Shown piece by piece: positions 26,701-37,900 of a stretch of DNA of 64,000 nt. Each line of letters begins with the position of its first letter. The stretch's first letter is position 1. This stretch comes from Lytechinus pictus (lineage: Eukaryota), in NCBI RefSeq assembly GCF_037042905.1, contig NC_087251.1:28026001-28090000 (forward strand). Direction: 5' to 3'. The notes under the pieces are model-generated. The model saw nothing but the letters and a program-made list of their open reading frames with translations, searched no databases and was not told the origin of the DNA. The position numbers and the translations under genes are program-made.

Positions 26701-27236
26701 TTGCTTCACTACCAAGCTGTTCACTACACCTCCATAGACTGAAATCATTCTTCCACACTGTATGTAGACCCATACCCCAAACTTAATTCTTAATATTTTC
26801 TGTTGCCAGTGACTCAGTCAGTGAAGGCGTCACCGTCAGTCAGTGAGTGATTTTTCATCTAAATTAATCTGGTAATCATATCCTGGTAAATGATCCAACA
26901 CCCTTTTATATATTTAATTTACCTTGGACGTACATGAAATGGCTATATTTAACAACTCTCAGTTAGATCTAACATAGTCTTACTGAGAGCAATCCAATTG
27001 ATTCATCCAGACCATTCACAATTATTAATCGAGAACGAATTTCATCTGAAGTCAAATAACACCAAAAACTATATGTGGGGCAACTGACCCGCAACGGGCA
27101 CAAGTAGCAGAAGTCATCATAGACAGTTAGAAATCTTAGAATACCTACTCGTCTACGATACAATCATTTCTAGTTGTAAAACCAAAATAGTAACCTGCTC
27201 ACCAAAGTTTCAAGTGTATTCACTTACCATATTCAT
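23754..27236 (-). CDS. DMAC2: Distal membrane-arm assembly complex protein 2 / ATP5SL-like (ATP5S factor B family LRR protein), 5 coding exons, ~288 aa
   Basis: complement join(27228..27236,25934..26118,25375..25592,24846..25008,23754..24045); 867 nt, phases consistent. Arg-rich N-terminus (presequence-like), then LIKMGARVQF..IAIDAMDT..LSLEGCAMVDDHCLASL..LNINNCEQVTENGIATLHKLRNLERLNMNNMPKV..MLEDVLP. This matches the DMAC2/ATP5S family, with a C-terminus closer to DMAC2. The first micro-exon is less certain. Confidence 0.78.
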
Positions 27237-27344
27237 AATTTGCGTTGACTTTTATGGCGTTACTTTCCTCCTTTTCTCTGAAAACATGCACCATACGAGG
27301 TACGGTATCGTTAAATCGTCAAATGACAAATGAAAACACCGCCG

Positions 27345-29344
27345 CACAGTGGGCCAGAATGAACCCAAAGTGCGCCAAAACCCATTATTCACACATTTGT
27401 ACGATTAAATTTTGTAGATAGGGGTAATTTCACCCGTAGAATTCAATAAAAGTATTTTCAAATATTGATGACGTCGTTAAAATACTGTTTTCTGATTGGC
27501 TGTTAACATTTGAGAAGAAAGTACATGTTTCTAATTCTACAATAAGTTTCAAATTTTCAGAAACTAGTTTTAGAGAAATTTCAGCAATAATTAAGCATAA
27601 TATTAGCAAACAGCAAACACACAAACAGGCAAACAAACAAGAAAAGTCTGTGCTCGGGGTACAAATAATTCAAATGGTGACTCGAGTATCGCTTAAAGAG
27701 GGCGCCCTACCAAGATTCCGGAATTGTAAAATTCAAAGTGAAATTGTAAAAAAAAGTATTTTCATTCCCTGGGTACAATGATTATCCACACCTACATGAA
27801 TTAAAATGGATTGATACCAGAAGTGGACAGTGAAATCTTAAAAATAATTATTCTAGTGATAAATGATAGAAGCCGGGTCCTCTGCAGGTTAATCAGTACA
27901 AGGCCCTACAAGGCCTACCTATTTCACAAAGAACGGCGTATACAAAGTTATTCCGAATCAGAGTCTCTCTCTACTATCTCACCAACTATTATGTCTTTGG
28001 TGAGAGGATCTTTTACTATATTTTGAACATCAGGGGGAAGAGGCTGTGATTGTTGTACTCTTAAAAATTTGCTACTAATCACAATGTCACCTGTTACCAT
28101 TAGTCTGTGGAATACATATAAAGTCAATGAGAGTCATAAACCAAACAATCCTTGAATTTTGAAATGATAATATACACTTCCTTCTTGATCGATACTAACA
28201 ATTATAGCAAATTTGAAATGAGCCAAGAGCCAATTCATACGTGTATGTGAAGTTACAAACCCTCTTGGGGGGATAAATACTAATAATGATAATGCAACTT
28301 AGGCATGTAATAGAGCCCACGTATATCCCATCTCTGTCCACACATACATTTTCATATTTTGTCAGAAAACTGCGTGAGACCTATCACATCCCTAGTCATG
28401 TGTGTTATAGTGATATACAGTAGCCCCTACTTGGTTTATGAACAACAAAACAAATATATAATCTTACTCGGGAATCTTATCTTAAGAATTAATCTTCTCA
28501 GGATGACAGCATATCAGATATGGGACACGGGATGGAACAGTTTGGCATCAAAATGAAGTTGTGTTACATGTATTATTATATAGTTAGTGGAATTGGAAAT
28601 GAAAGCTTGCCTTTACGTATGTTTAACGAAAATATTTTAAAGGCAGACACCAGTCACAAGAGCCAGACACTTGAGCCAGACACCCCCCCCCCCCTCTCTC
28701 TCTCTCTCTCTCCCAGCACGCGGCGGGGAGTTTCAATGTCACCCGCAACGTTCGGCACGCGCATAATGGGACACTAACTTGGAACGATTTTTGTGATAAA
28801 TACGGCGAACATGTGGTTGGAAAATTGGTTATATCTCCAGAAAATGCACGTATATGCAGCTAAATTTGGTATCAGTGTAAAGCATGAACTATAAAAAAGA
28901 CCGTCATGGTATTTACAGCGCAGCAATCGGCAGCAATTTGTAAAAGATATGCTCATGAAAAAAAAAATTGCTAAAACCCTCCATTGTCAAATGGTTTCGT
29001 CCAAAATTGCCTCTGAAGGGATTATCATTTTATCTTGAAAATATTTCATCACTTAAAACAATCATTCATCAAAGAGCACCGTGAATAAGAAATAAATTAA
29101 GCAATGCGTTTTGTTAAAACAGTGAAATATCTAAAACGTGTCAGTTACACATGCGGTAGCCGTATAGAGTCATTTTCCGGTAATATTGAATAAAAATGGG
29201 CAACTCATAATCAATTTAATGGAGAACTATTGTATGGAGGCATTCTACAGGTTCTTATCTTTGCTTAGAACATGAAAAAAACAAAATTTGTTTCATGACC
29301 AAAAACCAGTTTTGGCGCACTTTTGCTCTCTCCTGGCCCATGTG
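27345..29344. mobile_element. Non-autonomous Transib-type transposon with RSS-like TIRs
   Basis: Left end CACAGTGGGCCAGAATGAACCCAAAGTGCGCCAAAAC; right end (revcomp) CACA-TGGGCCAGGAGAGAGCAAAAGTGCGCCAAAAC; perfect 5-bp GC-rich TSD CGCCG (27340-27344, 29345-29349); no long ORF. Confidence 0.82.
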
Positions 29345-29414
29345 CGCCGCCGCCCCCCTACCATATGCAATTCCCCCCCCCCCCCCGTGTTCCTGGGTGG
29401 CAAGGGCCCCTCTA

Positions 29415-29604
29415 CAGGGGCGGATCCAGGATTTTCCAAAGGGGAGGGGGCATTTTTTTCGATGAAAATTTGACAAGGAAATAACAATTCCTCACTTTGA
29501 AGGGGGCACACTTGGGTAAATTTACATTACAAATTTTGATTATGGCTCTCAAGGGGGGGGGGGGTACGGGTCGGCTGTGCCCCCCCCCCCTGGATCCGCC
29601 AGTG
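29415..29604. mobile_element. hAT-like MITE related to 5508-5784
   Basis: CAGGGGCGGATCCAGGATTTTCCAAA / CCTGGATCCGCCAGTG; no clear TSD. Confidence 0.65.
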
Positions 29605-29769
29605 CCCGAGTCCACATTGAGCCAAGCCCATGCAAAGAACCGAGCTCAGTGGCCTACGTGTCCACTGAGGAGAATTGGGTGGGGAACATGGCATGCCCCA
29701 TGTGCGGCTGCAAAAAAAAAAAAGGGGGGGGGGGGGGGGGGGGAGGTCGACAGAATCAGAACTTGCAGA

Positions 29770-30368
29770 AAGGACCGATAGTAAAAAACAACAACAAAAA
29801 GTTGATTTGAATAATAACTTGAGAGAAAATCCAACGAGCATAGCACCGAAAATTTCATCAAAATCGGATGTAAAATAAGAAAGTTATGACATTTTTAAGT
29901 TTCGCTTAATTTCACAAAACAGTTATATGCACATCGGTATGTAAATGAGGGGACTGATTACATCACTCACTCACTATATCTTTTGTATTTTATTATATGA
30001 AATATGAATTATTCTATATTTTCCTCATTGTCCTGTTTATTCCTCCCTGAACGTGTAGTAGTACCATTGATATAACATCTCATGGTGCAGTTATGTTTGT
30101 CCTTAATAATGTCAAATTGGTAACAATTGAAATATTGTACAATTCAAACAACAAAAGAAATAGTGAATGATGGACATCATCGACTCTCTCATGTGCATGT
30201 CACTTAGCTGTGCATACAACTGTTTTGTGAAAAATAAGCGAAACTTTGAAATGTCATAACTTTCTTATTTTACATCCGATTTCGATGAAATTTTCAGCAT
30301 TATATGCTTGTTTGATTTTTCTTTATGGATTCAAATCAACATTTTTCTGGGGTGGACTTGACCTTTAA
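29770..30368. mobile_element. Kolobok-like fold-back MITE, left end damaged
   Basis: Long IRs gaaaatttcatcaaaatcggatgtaaaataagaaagttatgacattt / aaatgtcataactttcttattttacatccgatttcgatgaaattttc; right end ggggtggacttgacctTTAA. A degenerate relative lies at ~30930-31460. Confidence 0.7.
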
Positions 30369-31936
30369 GAAGGTAACTACTTGGCCGGAGCACTGTTTTG
30401 AATTCCTCCCTACACGCCCGGGCCTATGCAACCATATTATGAACTTCTCTGATCTTGATATGTTCACAACTTTATCATGTTTATGTATTATTATTGTATC
30501 TAGATGTCTAGGCCTATAGTATAAAAATAAGGGAGTTGAAATTGTATGTAGCCTTCAAATATTCATTAAGTTATTGTTAGTAATAAAAATCACTCTCTGT
30601 ACTCAGGAAATAGACGAATTGACTCCGATGATTCCATAATTAAAGTAAGGAAAATTAATTAGAATAGAGGCCCTATACGAGGTGAGCATATTGATGAGAT
30701 AGTATATTTTCTAATTTGCAATTGGTGCCAAAATATTTTATGATATTTTTTTCGACTTGAGATACGTTTTCCAAGTGAGCCTTCACTCGGGCTTTTCATA
30801 AAATATCTAGTTTATTGGACCCCATTAAAATACTTATCACCTGGCAAGGAGGCAAGCACAAACCTCATTACTGAAAAAAAAACATCCCAATTTAGTTAGT
30901 GAATTAATTTGCCTTTTTGGGGCACTTTTTAAACTTTTCCCCAACTTAAATTCACAAAGCAAAATGCTAAATGATTTCATCAAAATCTTTAAAAAAACAA
31001 GTTATTAAATTTTCAACTTTAGCAATATTTTGTAAAAACGGATGTGCACTTCTTCATTAATATTTATTAGGTGGGCTGATGATGTCACATCCCCACCTTT
31101 TCCTTTTTCTTTATATTACGTGAATTCATATCCATTTCATTGTTTCGTACAGTTTGAATGATACGTCTTCCTTCTGATGAAATAAGCTGCAGCATATTGA
31201 ATATCGAATGCATTAAATCAGTTGTCACTTGTCAATCCAACTTTTTTAGATCTTGGGGGACAAAATTTTGGGGGAAAATAATTCATATAATAAAATACAA
31301 AAGAAGGGGGAGATAATGACATCGTCATGCATGAGACATGCACAGATCACATTTCACCGAGAAAGCAAATTTTTAAATGTCATAACTTTGTAATTTTTGG
31401 TCCGATTTAGATCAAATTGTCAGTGTTATGTTTGTCTAACTTTTCTTTATATGTTCACATCATATTATTGTTAGCCTGAAGTAGGCCAGACCAACCACTT
31501 TAATAAAGGACCCGCCTGCCTGCATGGAGCTTTTAAAGGCCCTGTCATTTCCCATTCCCTTCTTCGTAAATAATCCTCTTTTTGGTACTGGGGATGGGTG
31601 ATGGTGGTGGTGGTAATGGTGTTGGTGCCGTGGTAGGGGGGCACTGGAACTGGTAGCATCCACCCCCCCCCCCCCCGTAGACTAGCGCTAGCATAGCAGC
31701 GCAGCGCAGCGAGCACCGGTCACCCGGTTAATTGGGGCTGAGGTTGCGTTTGAGAAGTTCCCGAACTCCGAAGCGCCATTGTTGAATTTGATGTGAACTT
31801 ACGAGGCGTGTTTTTGTTCATAACTTCATGTTTATGTATTTACTTGATCTCGTTTTCATCTTCATTATGTGTTAAATCGACTTAGTATCTTTGTCTTCCA
31901 AGTTTTTCTTTGAAAATGGTGGGATAGTTGGTGACG

Positions 31937-34900
31937 ATGAACAGGAAAACGAGTGCGACCACTGCAGGCTGCAAGAGCAGCAAGCAAACAACTTTATTTC
32001 AGAACTGGAGTACGGATCAAAATGTCAGAGAAAATGAAGGATTGCCGTCAAAAACAAGTAAATTTACAATAATTCCGTGTATTATAAATCATTAAATTGA
32101 ATCGCATTAATGAAAAATTGTTTTATTCCTTCAAATTTTAGAAATTTGTGTTATGGTAATGGTATAGATAAACTGGCCCAAGCCAGCAAGGAAAACACCA
32201 ACAATGACAGTCACTACTACTACGGTACGGCTCGTTCTCCCCACGCCGCGCCTCCCGGGGGCAGTTCGCTCTAGCGTCAGAGGGTTGGTGGCCGCTGGTC
32301 GACGGCTGTCTCATCAGTGACAGTGTTTCTATTTCTATTTCTACCTCTCCGAAATTCGGGGAAATTTTGACTTTTTCCAGGAAAGGCCCTATAATAAGAG
32401 AGATGAAGGTTGGCTCTCGAGCTCTCATGGTTTCTCTTGCCAACAACTTGTTGAACAAGGTTAAATATGTGGAACGCCTAAGACTTATGCCTGGCATCGG
32501 CAAGTTCCCCCAAAAGTCTGCGCTAGCCAGGAGGCTTCTAACAGTTAGAGAGTACAAATCATTTACTAACGTATGCTTACTCTCCTCGAAGCCAGGAATT
32601 CCTTCTCATTCATCTGCGTGTACCGCCAAAAAACCTGAAACTTTCGCCCCCGAGATTTGTACTTTCCTTCTAAAAGATCTAGCCCTAAATCATGTAAATG
32701 GGATACAACTTCATTTCCGACATTTCTACGCTATCAATTTCATTTTTAAACAAGAATTCATTAAAAAAATGAAAAAAATATTATGAAAAGACGGGGGAGA
32801 CTTGCCCGATGTTAACGCCACCATCTTGTGTCCTATTGTTCTTCCCCAACGTTACAGACGCACGCGTCCGTAACTATGTCATTCTTAGACAGCTGGCAGC
32901 CGTCTGTTTCGAGGAGTTTATAAACATTTTTTTATTTTTTACATTTCTCCTCATACACAGACGGCTCACTATCGTGCAGCCACCATTAGGGGACTTACAA
33001 TGCAAATTCCCCCCGTCGGGGCTCTTCAATTTTTGTCTTTAATAAATCAAACTTTTGAAAATTAATGCGACCGAAATGCAAATTAATATTCCCTCTTGGC
33101 ATTAATTGCCAAAAAATGGGGAAAATCAAGTTAAAAGGAACAAAAACAGTGACTTACCTCTGCTGTCGCGCAACTTCACTGCCCTGTTTTATCCGAACTT
33201 AATACACATAAACATATGGCCATTGAGTCCCCTGTACAGATCGCGCTAGAACTTCGGTCTCTGTATTTGGTGAGTGAAGCCAACGGAGTTCAGCTGAACA
33301 ACCAACATAACAGAGACCAAAGCTTTTGGTCTATGTCATTCTAAGCCAAATGAAGAAATGCAAACCAGGTAGAGTTCTACATGTATGGTAGTGGATCGTA
33401 TTACCGAACACTTATCATGAATTCAATCATATCAAACACATTTTGTTCATAAAATTCACCAAACTTTGAACATAAATACACAATTACCTACAAAATATAA
33501 ATATGTAAAAATTTTGCCGAAATCGTTTTTCCTTTTTACGATATTAGCTTCTAATCGGACCCCTCTTTGCACGTGAAATATTTTGGTCACTTGAAAAAGG
33601 TATCGTATTACCGAACGTGTGTTTTCTATGGGAAAAGTTGAGAAAACAACAAAAACACTTACCGGTATGAGCTATTTTGACCATATTTTACCTATATAGA
33701 ATATTAAGACTTTGAAAATGTATTTTTGACAATTTTTCATCAATTTCTATTCAAGTTCTCTTTGGAAGGATGTTGCAAAATTTTGAGCGTATGAATTTAT
33801 TTTCTGATGCGTATGATGCGTGCGTTCGGTAATACAAGGCCGGTCGGTAATACAATCACTCACTATATATCTAGCCCCCCCCCCCTAAGGTGGCATTATA
33901 TTTGTGTAAAGTTCATTCATTTTAGTCAGCAGGGCAGTACTCTGCCATTTTTTATGGCTAGTGGTGGTTCATGCTAAAGCATGTCTCTAAATTGGACTGG
34001 GACAGACAACTGTTCAACTTCATGGACTTTCTAAGTTTGACCAGTACCAGAAAAAAAGGATAGTTGGATTCCTGTAAAATTCATTTCTTGATTGTTATTA
34101 CAACTGGAAATGGATAACAATATTTGATTAGCTTGTTGATAACATTGGGTGATTTCAAGTACGGTGTTAAAATCTGGTGTTGGTGTTGTCACAACACCAA
34201 CACCAGCCACAAGACCGTACTTGAAATCAGGCTGGTGTTGGGATTGACCTCGGAAAATATGACGTATTTCCGGCAGTTCGTCTTGAATGCTGGTGTTGAA
34301 TGTCGTCTGCTGAACCCCGCACTGCGGCTGGTGTTGACGATCTACGTGCAATTTCCCCATTCACCAACACCAACCCCCAGGGATTGGGAAAATCATGATT
34401 TCAAGTTTGGTGTTGGTGTTGGTGTTGGCAATCTCAAGCTCGTGAACAGGAGGCGAACACGATGAAACATCCCCGTAAAATTAGCTTTTACAGTTAAGAT
34501 GAGTACAAATCATTTGAGCTGTATATATTTTGATGAAGAATAATGTTCACTCTTTCGAATTCTTGAATTAATTAAAACATTGGTATTCTGTACGATGAGA
34601 ATTTAATGCATTTCTCTCCATTTCATTTTCGTCGTCGAGACTTCTCGCGTGAAGTTGAGATTATTTAGCAGCGCAGCACAGAGGCGTGACGTCATGTGCT
34701 ATCGATAACGCAATCGGTATCATTCCTCTGAACCCAGCTCGGTGTTGGAGCTCGGTTCAGCTGCCTTTTTACGCTCTCAACACCAACACCGAACACCGAA
34801 CTTGAAATCACCCATTGACTACAATGTATTCACCATGATGAAGAATAGAGATTCAATCATTCAATGATTACCCTTTGCTTTTTCTAGATCAACAAAATGA

Positions 34901-37900
34901 GATGGATGAGCAGTTTGATGAGGAAACCCTTCTTGCAGCGTGCGAAGAGTGGGAGATGGAAGAACTGGGCAATTGCTCCACCACTGGACCTCATCCGCCG
35001 GAGGCTACACCCCTTGAGGATCTACCTGGGTTTGATGTCTCTGCTGGTCACATTTACATCTACCCTACCAACTACCCCCTCAGGGATTATCAGTTTAATA
35101 TTGTCAGCCAGGCCCTCCTCAAGAACACTCTGGTGACATTACCCACCGGCTTAGGCAAGACATTCATAGCTGCTGTTGTCATGTATAACTTCTATCGGTC
35201 AGTATATTTTTCAATATTTCTTTCTCATCCTCAATTCGTTCATTCTTTTTGTATTTTCATAGATTTTTTTCCCACTGTCATTTTGATATTTTGTTCTTGT
35301 AGAATGAACTTTTGTTTTATGACTTATTTATTTTTATAACTTATTTATTTACTTTTTTATGTACTAGCTAGGTCATATGCAGGAACTTTTTCTTGGGGGC
35401 AAGAATATGTTACATATTTATATTTAAGGAATACACAAACAAAAGGGTCCCCTCACTTCGATTTTTAGGAGCCTCCACAACTTCCATTCCTCCTGAATAT
35501 AGTATTGGGGTGCAACATTCTCACAGACATTTTCAATGTAGAGCAAGCCTGATGTGAATAGTTTGCATCCTTCTCACATGGGGGGACTTTGCTGCACTTC
35601 ATCCAGGTTAAGTGAATTAGAACAAAAATTCAAAGTTTTGACAATTTGATACCCAGGTCATCATGCTGAGACTGTGCCCTGTGATAATGATTCTATCTCA
35701 CTTTCAACATTCATGCTTTCTCCTCCAATCTCAGGTGGTATCCGAGAGGGAAGATTGTGTTCATGGCTCCAACCAAGCCATTGGTCTTCCAACAGATTGA
35801 AGCCTGTTTTAACATCATGGGTATACCTCAAGAAGATATGGCAGAAATGACTGGTAAGTCTGTCTCTACCCATAGTACATTCCCATTTCTCATCATGTTC
35901 ATTCCTAATGTATCTTCCCTCATTTTTTTCTCATGCTTATCTCTTTCTCTTTCTTTCTTTTCTTTTTTTCTCTCTCTTTCTCTTCCCCATTTCTTTATAA
36001 ATCAGGGACCCATTGCAGAAAGAGTTGCAATCAAACAGAACACCACAAATCAAACATAATTTGATCTTCATCCGATGAAGAGGTGCACGTTTCAGATTTT
36101 CACTTAATAGTTTGACTTACAAGTTTTGAAATGTAAAACTATCACGAAAACAGCCCTAAACACGCCATCTCATCTTTCGACTATTACAGGGAACATGCAT
36201 CCGCCTGAAAGGAAGAAAAGTTGGCAGCGGCAGAGGGTGTTCTTCTTGACCCCACAGGTCATGACCAATGACCTTAGTAGAAGGGCATGTCCTGCGACAG
36301 AAGTGAAGTGTGTAGTCGTAGATGAGGCCCACAAAGCTCTTGGTAATCAAGCTTACTGCCAGGTAATTGGAAAGTTTGCATTGTTCAATCGCAAAGTGAC
36401 AATGGCCAGTTGGCATCTTTGTTGCATCCAAAGACTGGCAAACCAATCAGGAGTGCTTTATCAAAGGTGCATCTGATTGCAAACCTTTGTTTAGCAGGTT
36501 CCAGATTGTCAGATTCTTGGCAATAGAGTACCGAAGTGTGACGTCAGTTGCCACAGTGTCATGGCGGGCTGGATCTAAACAGAGTCGTAGCTGACGATCT
36601 TCTGTATACATTTGTATTTGCAAATGAAAATGAATGGCTCGTCTGAAAAATAGGTTGCAAGTGATCAAATTCCGATAGCAGCCATTTTCTCCTATGAAAA
36701 ATGCATGCTTTCATTCGGCGGGTCCATTTGTTTAGAACCAGGCCGCCATGACAACTGACGTCATCGCTTCAGTACTCTTATTTTGACTGGGAGACCAGTG
36801 ATATTTATTTCATATTTTTTCATGTACAAGTTCAAAAGCAGATGATGATTTTTGTATGAGACTCGACACCAACAAACAATATTTTACTGGAAATGTGAAT
36901 TGAGGTTGGTGTTTGGCTTGACTGGGAAGATGTGAACATATGACATATTTCTTGTAGTTCCTATTGAAAGCTGGGATAGGAAGTGGTTTGGTGAATGGAG
37001 TATCCCAGATGATATTGACAGATTATATTTTATTTCCCAGTCACCAACACTAGCACCATGAAATTGGGGGAGGGGGGTCATGTTTTCAATTTCCATGTTG
37101 CTGTACCATTTCAAATAAGTACAAAATGCAATAAATGGATATGTTTTCTTTTTCCATTCTGTTGTCTCATTTGCTCTCATCTTTAAGGTTATACGTGAAT
37201 TATCAAAGTATACCAATCAGTTCAGAGTGCTGGCTCTTAGTGCAACACCTGGTGGTGACATTAAGGTAAGTTGAAATAGTATGTTGACAATGTGCAGTGG
37301 GCAAAATTTTGGCCTCTAACTCCAATGAATTTCAAAAGTACCAGACCGGGTTTTTGGGGTGTAACTGACCGGGGGTGTGATTCACCCCCCTCCCTTGAGA
37401 TCTCAGCTGCCAATCGCGCGAACGCTGTGAAAATTGGCATGATAATAGTGTGAGATGTAATTTACAAGGCTGTGTGGTTAATTTTTCCAAAATATTTTAA
37501 TATGAATTAATTATGCTAATTTATGCATAAATCATACTTATTGCTCTAATTTTTTTTTATAAAAAGCTCATAGACTGCTAATTTCTGGTGTAAATATTCT
37601 TTATACCATTGCTAACAAATGAAAACAAATCCTGGTTTGAAAATAAATTTCTTATGTATTTTATCGTTTTATGAATTTCTTATGTATTTATTTGTGTTTT
37701 ACCTTTTTTTTTTTTTTTTTTCACCAAATTTATAGCAGAACCTTTTCAAAGCATTATTATGCTAAAATCAATGAATTTCAGCTGATGAAAGTAAAAATAA
37801 TCATATCTTTATGATTGGCAGCAGAGATGTCAAGTGGGGGTTGATTCAACATTCAACCCAAAAAAGCCCGGTTTGGTTAGGGTTAAATGGAGTGCCGAGT

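Noticed and set aside
29255..29878. Cluster of short overlapping ORFs
   Set aside because: Produced by poly-G/C/A runs in MITEs; the same applies at 9434-10143 and 5400-5946.
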